NCBI RefSeq assembly: GCF_044704955.1
Contig: NC_091995.1
Coordinates: 1,178,001 to 1,242,000, forward strand
DNA length: 64,000 nt
Direction: 5' to 3'
Origin: Pristiophorus japonicus
Lineage: Eukaryota
Of this stretch, positions 48,701 through 60,700 are shown piece after piece. The first letter of the stretch is position 1. The number at the start of each line of letters is the position of its first letter. The notes beneath the pieces were generated by a model, which was given only the letters and a program-made list of their open reading frames with translations, searched no databases and had not been told where the DNA came from. A program made the position numbers and the translations under genes.

Positions 48701-51700
48701 ACTTTGGCCCACTGGGCCCCGGGGGAGGGTTTCAGTTGGCAGCCCAGCTGAACCCGGGGGGGGGCATAATTGTCGGGCCAGAGACGGCAGGCGGCCGACA
48801 AAAAAAAAACATGGCGGCAGTGTCAGTGCGCCCGCCTCTTTAATGGAAGCTGCACTGTCGCTGGAGAAGGCCGCAGCCTCACTGGACCACCGGGGAAAAG
48901 CTTGTTTTAGCACCCCCGGGCGGGACGAAGATTTCCGAGGGGATTTTCGGGGTTAACAGGCCTTAAGGAAAGGGGCAATTTCGACCCTTCATCCATGCCC
49001 AGAGCAGCTGTTGGATACCAAATGTTTGCACAGTTTGGCAGGTCACGATGCACTAAAGAACAGCGTGGTCCTTGAACCTTCTTCCTACTTGGGATTGGAT
49101 GGCTCAATAACAGGATCATTATTAACCAAGAGGCTGGGATCCACAGGTTAACTAATATGGTCTCATTACAGTTTGGCGAATGTTTGGTGTGGAGGTGCGG
49201 CAAGAGATCGTGGCGGAGGTGCGGCGAGTGTTTTTGTAGTGGAGGAGCGGTAAGAGATCGTGGCAGAAGTGCGCCGAATGATGTTACAGGGCCCAGAAGA
49301 GCCGAGGGCCCAGGGGCAGCACAGGTCAGCCCACACTGTGCGATATGTGAGCGCACTGGGTCCATGCAGCAGAGCAGGTCTCCAGCCGTCCTGGTTAACC
49401 CTTGCCACTGGATAAAGGCCGAGCTCTGTCAAGCCCGTGTGGTGGCTGATGTGTGACGGTCACCACACGTTAAAACAATCCAGGCTCAGGCATCTTCCAC
49501 CCTTCAATTGGAATTCAGGACTGGAATATCGGGTCCATCGAAACACCTGTGAACTCGTGGAAGCAAGTCATCCTCGTTCGAGGGACCGCCTATGATGATG
49601 GTCGAGGGAAAGCGCGTGGTGTGTTGGGAGCTCCTTGTTAGAATCAAGGGGGTCCAGATAACATCTGACGGACAAAGTCCTCTCTCTGTTATTTTAGTGG
49701 AGGCATCAACCCAATTTGAAAATATAATAGCATGGATATAAGATTGGCTGACAAAACAGAAAACAGAGAATCGGGATAAATGCTTCATTCTCTGGTTGGC
49801 AATCAGTAACGAGTGGGGTGCCGCAGGGATCAGTGCTGGGACCCCAACTATTTACAATCTATATTAACAACTTGGAAGAGGCGACTGAGTGTAACGTAGC
49901 CAAGTTTGCTGACGATACAAAGATGGGAGGAAGGGTAATGTGTGAGGAGGAAATAAAGACTCTGCAGGAGGACATAGACAGGCTAAGTGAGTGGGCAAGA
50001 ATTTGGCAGATGGAGTATAATGTTGGAAAATGTGAGGTCATGCACTTTGGCAGAAGAAAATCAAAGAGCAAGGTATTATTTAAATGGAGAAAGATTGCAA
50101 AGTGCTGCAGTACAACAGGACCTGGGGGTCCTGGTGCATGAAACACAAAAGGATAGTATGCAGGTACAGCAAGTGGTCAGGAAGGCCAATGGTATCTTGG
50201 CCTTTATTGCAAAGGGGATGGAGTATAAAAGCAGGGCAGTCTTGTTACAGCTGTACAGGGTATTGGTGAGGCCACACCTGGAATACGGCGTGTAGTTTTG
50301 GTTTCCATATTTACGAAAGGATATACTTGCTGTGGGGGCAGTTGAGAGAAGGTTCACTCGGTTGATTCCGGAGATGAGGGATTGACTTATGAGGAAAGGT
50401 TGAGTAGGTTGGTCCTCTACTCATTGGAATTCATACGAATGAGAGGGGATCTTATTGAAACATATAAGATTATGAGGGGGCTTGACAAGGTGGATGCAGA
50501 GAGGATGTTTCCACTGATGGGGGAGACTAGAACTAGGGGGCATAATCTTAGAATAAGGGGCCTCCCATTTAAAATTGAGCTGAGGAGGAATTTCTTCTCA
50601 GAGGGTTGTAAATCTGTGGAATTCGCTGCCTCAGAGAGCTGTGGAAGCTGGGACATTGAATAAATTTAAGACAGAAATAGACAGTTTCTTGAACGGTAAG
50701 GGATAAGGGGTTATGGGGAGTGGGCAGGGAAGTGGAGCTAAGTCCATGATCAGATCAGCCATGATCGTATTAAATGGCGGAGCCGGCTCGGGGGGCCGTA
50801 TGGCCTACTCCTGCTCCTATTCCTTAAGTTCTTATGTTCAATTAAGGCAAAACGGGTTCATGGCGCCAGATCTCTTCCGAGCCTTGTACCCAACAACAAC
50901 TTGTATTTATATAGCGCCTTTAACATCGTGAAACATCCCAAGGCGCTTCACAGAAGGATTATGAGATAAAAAAATTGACACCAAGCCACATAACTATAAA
51001 TTAGCACAGGTGACCAAAAGCTTGGTCAAAGAGATAGGTTTCGAGGAGTGTCTTGAAGGAGGAAAGAGAGGGAGAGAGGCGGAGAGGTTGAGGGAGGGAT
51101 TTCCAGAGCTTGGGGCCCAGGCAGCTGAAGGCACGGCCACCGATGGTGGAGCGATTATAATCAGGGATGGTCAGGAGGGCAGAATTAGAGGAGCGCAGAC
51201 ATCTCGGGGGGGGTTGTGGGGCTGGAGGAGATTACAGAGATAGGGAGGGGCGAGGGCCATGGAGGGATTTGTAAACAAGGAGGAGAATTTTGAAATCGAG
51301 GCGCTGCTTAACCGGAAGCCAATGTAGGTCGGCGAGCACAGAGGAGCGGGACTTGGTGCAAGTTAGGACACGGGGAATCCGAGTTTTGGATCACCTCTAG
51401 TTTACGTAGGGTAGAATGTGGGAGGCCAGCCAGGAGTGCCTTGGAATAGACAAGCCTAGCGGTAACAAAGGCATGGATGAGGGCTTCAGCAGTGGATGAG
51501 CTGAGGCAGGGGCGGAGACGGGTGATGTTACAGAGGTGGAAATAGGCGGTCTTAGTTATGCTGCGGATATGTGGTCACAAGCTCATTTCAGGGTCAAATG
51601 TGACACCAAGTTTGCGAACAGTCTGGTTCTTCACCCCAGGTGAAACTGAACCTCTGCCTGATGATCCGATGACCCCAAGGGTGCCCCCCCCACCCTCCCC

Positions 51701-54700
51701 GATGACCCCAAAGGTGCCCCCCACACCGGCCCTCCCCCCCGTCCCGACCCCATCGGAATACCCAGGAGTGGTGAGCTCCTGCGTAGGATGGGTGCACAAG
51801 CCAATTTCAGGGCAACTCTGGGTATGTACGCACTTCGGGAAGTTAGAGCGGGGTGGGTGGGACAGGCCCCTCGAAATGGCACACTTGGCAAATGGCTGGT
51901 TACCGCAATCTGGAAAATTGATCAATGAGGGAGGAAAGGCCCGATCTTCATCAGTTCACCTGGGGAATGCTGGATATCAGGGACCTGATTGGCAGTGCCA
52001 CGCTAAGGGGCCTGAAGGCAGGAAACATCTTGTATGAGGGAATTCCTGCATCTGCATCTCGGTGGCTAAACAACATAACATAAGAACATAAGAAAAAGGA
52101 GCAGGAATAGGCCATAGGGCCCCTCGAGCCTGCTCCGCCATTTAATACGATCATGGCTGATCCGATCATGGACCCAGCTCCACTTCCCTGCCCGCTCCCC
52201 ATTACCCCTTAATCCCTTAACGGTTAAGAAATGTCTATTTCTGTCTTAAATTTATTCAATGTCCCGGCTTCCACAGCTCTCTGAGGCAGAGAATTCCATA
52301 GATTTACAACCCTCTGAAAGAAGAAATTTTTCCCCTTCTCAGTTTTAAATGGGCAGCCCCTTATTCTAAGATTATGCCCCCTAGTTCTAGTCTTCCTCAT
52401 CAGTGGAAACATCCTCTCTGCATCCACCTTGTCAAGCCCCTCATAATCTTATACGTTTCGATAAGATCACCTCTCATTCTTCTAAATTCCAATGAGTAGA
52501 GGCCCGACTTACGCAACCTTTGCTCATAGGTTAACCTCCTCATCTCCAGAATCAACCTTGTGAACCTTCTCTGAATTGCCTCCAAAGCAAGTACATCCTT
52601 TCGTAAATATGGAAACCAAAACTGCACGCAGTATTCCAGGTGTGGTCTCACCAATATCATGTACAACTGTAGCAAGACTTCCCTGCTTTTATACTCCATC
52701 CCCTTTGCAATAAAGGCCAAGATTCCATTGGCCTTCCTGATCACTTGCTGTACCTGCATACTAACCTTTTGTGTTTCATGCACAAGTACCCCCAGGTCCC
52801 TCTGTGCTGCGGCACTTTGCAATCTTTCTCTATTTAAATAATACCTTGCTTTTTGATTTTTTTCTGCCAAATTGCATGACCTCACACTTTCCAACATTAT
52901 ACTCCATCTGCCAAATTCTTGCCCACTCACTTAGCCTGTCTATGTCCTTTTGCAGATTATTTGTGTCCTCCTCACACATTGCTTTTCCTCCCATCTTTGT
53001 ATCGTCAGCAAACTTGGCTACGTTACACTCGGTCCCTTCTTCCAAGTCGTTAATATAGATTGTAAATAGTTGGGGTCCCAGCACTGATCCCTGCGGCACC
53101 CCACTCGTTACTGGTTGCCAACCAGGGAATGAACCATTTTTCCCGACTTTCTCTTTTATGTTAGTTAGCCAATCCTCTATCCATGCTATTATATTAATCC
53201 CAACCTTGTGAACTTTAATCTTGTGCGGTAACCTTTTATGTGGCACCTTGTCAAATGCCTTCTGGAAGTCCAAATACACCACATCCACAAAGGGTCGGAG
53301 ACCAAGCATAATCAGGACCCATCGACATATCCGCCCCACCCCTGTTTTTCTCTACCAAGCCCCAATCCAGTTACAACGCCTAAAAAGCCGAAGGGAATTC
53401 ATGGCCAATGTCTCCGAATCATAGAAGTTGACAGCACGGAAGGAGGCCATTTCGGCCCATCGTGTCCGCGCCGGCCGACCAAGAGCTACCCAGCCTAATC
53501 CCACTTTCCCGCTCTCGGTCCGTAGCCCTGTAGGTTACAGCACTTCAAGTGCACATCCAGGTACTTTTTAAATGTGGTGAGGGTTTCTGCCTCTACCACC
53601 CTTTCAGGCAGTGAGTTCCAGACCCCCACCACCCTCTGGGTGAAGAAATTTCCCCTCAAATCCCCTGTAAACCTCCCCCCAATTTAATTCTACACCCCCT
53701 GGTTATTGACCCCTTTTCTAAGGGAATAGGCCCTTCCTATCCACTCTATCCAGGCCCCTCATAATTTTATACACTGCAATAAGGCCTCGCCCTGAACTAA
53801 CGGAGAGAGGGCTGTGAAGAGAACACGTCAAACGGTTGTCAGCTAATATCACTAGTAGGGAGCTCGAGCCCCACGTACCCTGGTACATAAGAAAATAAGA
53901 AATAGGAGCAGGAGTCAGCCATTTGGCCCCTCGAGCCTGCTCCGCCATTCAATAAGATCATGGCTGATCTGCTCCTGGCCTCAACTCCACTTCCCTGCCC
54001 ACTCCCCATAACCCTTGACTCACTTATCTTTCAAAAATCTGTCTATCCGCACCTTAAATATATTCAATGACCCAGCCTCCACAGCTCTCTGGGGCAGTGA
54101 ATTCCACAGATTTACAACCCTCTGAGAGAAGAAATTCTTCCTCATTTCCGTTTTAAATGGGCGACCCCTTATTCTGAAACTATGCCCCCTAGTTCTAGAT
54201 TCCCCCACGAGGGGAAACATCCTCTCTGCATCCACCTTGTCAAGCCCCCTCAGAATCTTGTACTTTTCAATAAGATCACCTCCTAGTCTTCTAAACGCCA
54301 ATGAATATAGGCCCAACTTGTTCAACCTTTCTTCATATGACAACCCCCTCATCTCAAGAATCAACCTCGTCAACCTTCTCTGAACAGCCTCCAATGCAAG
54401 TATATCCTTCCTTAAATACGGAGACCAAAACTGCACGCAGTACTCCAGGTGCGGCCTCACCAATACCCTGTACAGTTGTAGCAGGACTTCCCTGCTTTTA
54501 TACGCCATCCTCTTGCAATAAAGGCCAACATTCCATTTGGCTTCCTAATTACTTGCTGTACTTGCCGGTATTACCAGTTCACATGTTGACAGGGTGTGAG
54601 AGTACCCGGTGGCAAGAATATCTCAGTTTTGCCAGCAAGGCTCCTAGTCTCCACAGATACGATGGATGCTGGAGTCTGTCACTGGAAGAGGTGCAAAAAG

Positions 54701-57700
54701 CCACACTCACGGCTGTGTCCCTGGGAGCTGGGGGATTGGTGAAATATCTTCTGGGAACCATAGAATATACAGCTGTCTCTCGGGGCAAGCCATTGATATT
54801 CCTGAAGGTGGTGAGGATAGGTGCAGTCCGCTCTAACTGAATACCTGGGGAAACACGAAGACAAGTCATCAGCTCTAGGTTAACCTGTACAGCCCAGAAT
54901 CACACTCAGACAGCATGTTAACCAGGTCACTACTGACACCAGGGCAGCCTAGAAACACATTCAGCCAGCACTTCACAACAAGAAAGTAATTAAATTAAGC
55001 TGCTTGCTCCTTGATTGTAAACAGAATGTTATCACTATGGTAACCATCTTGGTTTAACTCATTGGACTTGGTTGTGTTTCACTTTATTTTGGCTCAGTGT
55101 ACCTTAGCTTGATATTGTTTGGTTTGGCTCGACATGGCTTTGTTTGGTTTAAATTAGTTTGGTTTGCTTTGGTTTGGTTAGTGTGGGTTGGTTTGGTTTG
55201 GCTTAAGAACATAAGAACATAAGAAATAGGAGCAGGAGTAGGCCATACGGCCCCTCGAGCCTGCTCCGCCATTTAATACGATCATGGCTGATCCGATCAT
55301 GGACTCAGCTCCACTTCCCCGCCCGCTCCCCATAACCCTTTACTACCTTATCACTCAAAAATCTGTCTATCTCTCTCTTAAATTTATTCAATGACCCAGC
55401 CTCCACAGCTCTCTGAGGCAGCGAATTCCACAGATTTACAACCCTCAGAGAAGAAATTCCTCCTCATCTCAGTTTTAAATGGGCGGCCCCTTATTCTAAG
55501 ACTATGCCCCCTAGTTCTAGTCTCCCCCATTAGTGGAAGCATCCTCTCTGCATCCACCTTGTCAAGCCCTCTCATAATCTTATACATTTCGATAAGATCA
55601 CCTCTCATTCTTCTGAATTCCAATGAGTAGAGGCCCAACCTGCTCAACCTTTCCTCATAAGTCAACCCCCTCATCTCCGGAATCAACCTTGGCTTGGCTT
55701 GAATTAGTTTAGTTTGGTTTGGCTGGTTTTGAATTAGTTTGGTTTGGCTTGGCTTGATAGTTTGGTTTGGTTTGATTTGATTTGGCTTGAATTAGTTTGG
55801 CTTGGCTTGGGTTTAATTAGTTCGGCTTGGGTTGATTGGATTTGGCCTGAATTAGTTTGGCTTGGCTTGGGTTTAATTAGTTCGGCTTGGGTTGATTGGA
55901 TTTGGCCTGAATTAGTTTGGCTTGGCTTGGTCCTCTTTGCTTTGGTTTGTTTGAGCTGGATGTGTTTTCCTTAGCTTGCTGTTTTTTCTTGGGTTGTATG
56001 TAAATCAAGCCTCCCAGGGCTCTTGTTCATTTAGCTCACGATTTTCCGCCATTGCCTACCTGGTTCATTTTTCTTATGAAAGTATTCCTTTAGGCGGGCG
56101 ATAGCTTGATAACTCTGCTCATTGGAAGCAATAAAAGTCCCAATCCACATACTGGGTTCGTAGATACGTGTCTGTTGGGAAAAACACAATGTCAGCACTG
56201 GTGCACTTGCTCAGGCTGCACTTTGCTCAGTCTAAATATCAATGGCTCACATCTTACTGGCCCACCAATGTGGCACTTTTATGAAAGACTTTCATTTACT
56301 ACTTATACAATTTTTTTAACACTCACCAAATGCTAGATGGATCTTTATGTCATTTTTACAAAGAATCAGCCTGTATTTCTACACCGCCTTTCATAACCTT
56401 GAATAAGTAATCAGGAAGGCAAATGGAATGTTGGCCTTTATTGCAAAGGGGGATGGATAAAAGCAGAGAAGTCCTGCGACAACTGTATAGGGTATGGGTG
56501 AGGCCACACCTAGAGTACTGCGTGCAGTTTTGGTCTCCTTATTTAAGGAAGGATATACTTGCATTGGAGGCAGTTCAGAGAAGGTTCACGAGGTTGATTC
56601 CTGAGATGAAGGGGTTGTCTTACGAAGAAAGGTTCAGCAGATTGGGCTTATACTCATTGGAGTTTAGAAGAATGAGAGGTGATCTTATTGAAACGTATAA
56701 GATTCTGAGAGGGCTCGACAGGGTAGATACAGAGAGGATATTTCCCCTCATGGGGGAATCTAGAACTAGGGGGAATAGTTTCAGAATAAGGGGCTACCCA
56801 TTTAAAATGGAGATGAGGAGGAATTTCTTCTCTCAGAGGGTCGTGAACCTTTGGAACTCTCTACCCCAGAGAGCTGTGGAGGCTGGGTCATTGAATATAT
56901 TTAAGGTGGAGATCGACAGATCTTTGAACGATAAGGGAGTCAAGGGTGATGGGGAGCGGTCAGGGAAATTGAGGCAAGGTCAGATCAGCCATGATCTTAT
57001 TGAATGGCGGAGCAGGCTCGAGGGGCTCCTATTTCTGATGTTCATCCACTAATATCCAGCATTGTAAAGTCAGCGGCAAAAGCTCAAAGGTCAGGTACAG
57101 ATGGAACACGGAGCTGACTGACTCTCGGCGCTTTGTGATGGTTGGTCCTTATTTTTCTTTCTTGTTATTTTTAATTTGCCATTGCATCTCCAAAAACATC
57201 TTGGCCCTGAAATTGTGGTCGGAGGCTTCCCGTGGGTGGATGCCTCCAACCACAGAAATATTTACGGAAGTATCTGATGGTCCCAGAGGAATGAACACTT
57301 GCGGTCTGAGTCCTCCAGGTGCAGCCCAGCGTAAGAGCCCACATATTCCAGGAGCATCTGTGCAGCCTGGGATCACATGGGCCAGGATCAACCAATGAAA
57401 ATGGCCTGTCCCCATTCACAGTAATTGTGAGTTTCGTTTGTACGGAGATCCATTCAATTTCATGACCACTGGAATCTTGGCCTGTATTGCAAAGAGGATG
57501 GAGTATAAAAGCAGGGAAGTCTTGCTACAGTTATACAGGGTATTGGTGAGGCCACACCTGGAATACTGCGTGCAGTTTTGGTTTCCATATTTACGAAAGG
57601 ATATACTTGCTTTGGAGGCAGTTCAGAGAAGGTTCACTCGGTTGATTCCGGGGATGAGGGGGTTGACTTATGAGGAAAGGTTGAGTAGGTTGGGCCTCTA

Positions 57701-60700
57701 CTCATTGGAATTCAGCAGAATGAGAGGTGATCTTATCGAAACGTATAAGATTATGAGGGGCTTGACAAGGTGGATGCAGAGAGGATGTTTCCACTGATGG
57801 GGGAGACTAGAACTAGGGGGCGTAATCTTAGAATAAGGGGCCGCCCATTTAAAACTGAGATGAGGAGGAATTTCTTTTCTCAGAGGGTTGTAAATCTGTG
57901 GAATTCGCTGCCTCAGAGAGCTGTGGAAGCTGGGACATTGAATAAGTCTCTGAATAAGACAGAGATAGACAGATTCTTAACCGTTAAGGGAATAAGGGGT
58001 TATGGGGAGCGGGCAGGGAAGTGGAGCTGAGTCCATGATCAGATCAGCCATGATCGTATTAAATGGCGGAGCAGGCTCGAGGGGCCGTATGGCCGACTTG
58101 TGCACCTACTTCTTATGTTCTTATGTTCTAAGAATGTGGATACTCCCAAAACACACATAAACATTTTAAATAAGTAACATACACACCATATATTTAAAAT
58201 TAATTGAGGTTGAATTTAATTAAATGCTTTAGACAAAAATGTATTTTTTCGAGAAAAAAAATTAAATGTTTTAATAAACTCACCTTAATGAACAGGGTTT
58301 TTAATATAAAAATTAATGATAACACTTTATTTTTCTATTTTTTTAAAACTCTTACACTGATACAGCTTTTAGCAGGTGTAAGAGTTTGAAGGACATTCGC
58401 TGGGCAAGACTTGAGCATATAGCCGAAATCTCCACTTGCAAAAGCTCGTCTCCCGGGGATGCATGTTCGCAAGTGCCGTATTTAGGTGATTTGCCGTAGA
58501 GAGAGTGCAACGAAGGTTCACCAGACTGATTCCTGGGATGGGGGGGATTGTCCTATGAGGAGAGATTGAGCAGACTGGGCCGAGTTTAGAAGAATGCGAA
58601 ATGATCTCATTGAAACAGACACAATTCTTACACGGGCTTGACAGGTTAGATGCAGGATAGATATTTCCTCTGACTGGGGAGTCTAGAACCAGGGGTCACA
58701 GTCTCAGAATAAGGGGTCGTCCATTTAAGACTGAGATGAGGAGAAACTTCTTCACTCAGAGGGTGGTGAATCTCTGGAATTCTCTACCCCAGAGAGTTGT
58801 GGAGGGTCAGTCGTTGACTATATTCGAGACAGAGATCAATAGATTTTTGGATATTAAGGGAATCAAAGGATAGCTATCAAACTGGAACAATACAGAGGAG
58901 GATTTCCTGGAGTGCATAGGGGATGGTTTTCTGGACCAATATGTCGAGGAACCAACTAGAGAGCTGGCCATCCCAGACTGGGTGTTGTGTAAAGAGAGAG
59001 GATTAATTAGCAATCTTGTTATGCGAGGCCCTTTAGGAAAGAGTGACCATAATATGGTAAAATTCTTCATTAAGATGGAGAGTGACACAGTTAATTCAGA
59101 GACTAAGATCCTGAACTTAAAGAAAGGTAACTTCGATGGTATGAGACGTGAATTGGCTAGGATAGACTGGCGAATGATACTTAAAGGATTGACGGTGGAT
59201 AGGCAATAGCAGACATTTAAAAATCACATGGATGAACTTCAACAATTGTACATCACTGTCTGGCATAAAAATAAAACGGGGAAGGTGGCTCAACCGTGGC
59301 TAACAAGGGAAATTAGGGATAGCGTTAAATCCAAGGAAGAGGCATATAAATTGGCCAGAAAAAGCAGCAAACCTGAGGACTGGGAGAAATTTAGAATTCA
59401 GCAGAGGAGGACAAAGGGTTTAATTAGGAGGGGGAAAACAGAATATGAGAGTAAGCTTGCAGGGCACATAAAAACTGACTGCAAAAGCTTCTATAGATAT
59501 GTGAAGAGAAAAAGATTAGTGAAGACAAATGTAGGTCCCTTACAGTCAGAATCAGGTGAATTTATAATGGAGAACAAAAAAATGGCACACCAATTGAACA
59601 AATACTTTGGTTCTGTCTTCACTAAGGAAGACACAAATAACCTTCCGGAAATACTAGGGGTCCGAGGGTCTAGCGAGAAGGAGGAACTGAAGGAAATCCT
59701 TATTAGTCAGGAAATTGTGTTAGGGAAATTGATAGGATTGAAGGCCGATAAATCTCCAGGGCCTGATAGTCTGCATCCCAGAGTACGTAAGTAAGTGGCG
59801 CTAGAAATAGTGGATACATTGGTGATCATTTTCCAACATTCTATAGACTCTGGATCAGTTCCTATGGATTGGAGGGTAGCTAATGTAACCCCACTTTTTG
59901 GGAGGGAGAGAGAAAACGGAATTATAGACCGGTTAGCCTGACATCGGTAGTGGGGAAAATGTTGGAATCAATTATTAAGGATGAAATAGCAGCGCATTTG
60001 GAAAGCAGTGACAGGATTGGTCCAAGTCAGCATGGATTTATGAAAGGGAAATCATGCTTGACAAATCTTCTAGAATTTTTTGAGGATGTAACTAGTAGAG
60101 TGGACAAGGGAGAACCAGTGGATGTGGTGTATTTGGACTTTCAAAAAGCTTTTGACAAGAGATTAGTGTGCAAAATCAAAGCACATGGTATTGGGGGTAA
60201 TGTACTGACGTAGATAGAGATCTGGTTGGCAGACAGGAGCAAAGAGTAGGAATAAACTTATCCTTTTCAGAATGGCAGGCAGTGACTAGTGGGGCACCGC
60301 AAGGTTCAGTGCTGGGACCCCAGCTATTTACAATATACATTAATGATTTAGACGAAGGAATTGAATGTAATATCTCCAAGTTTGCAGATGACACTAAGCT
60401 GGGTGGCAGTGTGAGTTGTGACGAGGATGCTAAGAGGCTGCAGGGTGACTTGGACAGGTTAGGTGAGTGGGCAAATGCATGGCAGATACAGTATAATGTG
60501 GATAAATGTGAGGTTATCCATTTTGGTGGCAAAAACAGGAAGGCAGAATATTAACTGAATGATGACAGATTAGGAAAAGGGAGGTGCAACGAGATCTGGG
60601 TGTCATGGTACATCAGTCATTGAAAGTTGGCATGCAGGTACAGCAGGTGGTGAAGAAGGCAAATGGCATGTTGGCCTTCATAGCGAGAGGATTTGAGTAT

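Larger units (their letters stand above)
47615..58130. mobile_element. Multiple CR1 copies in SOUL-like introns (+ ~47615-48500, 49725-50840, 56405-57045, 57470-58130; - ~52070-53290, 53885-54565, 55205-55690)
   Basis: Repeated [11 protein letters not shown]...RRNFFSQRVVNLWNSLP ORFs and conserved 3' tails. Confidence 0.88.

Noticed and set aside
55744-55974. Hydrophobic Trp/Leu-rich ORF resembling a membrane protein
   Set aside because: Translation of a (GGTTT/GGCTT)n repeat.
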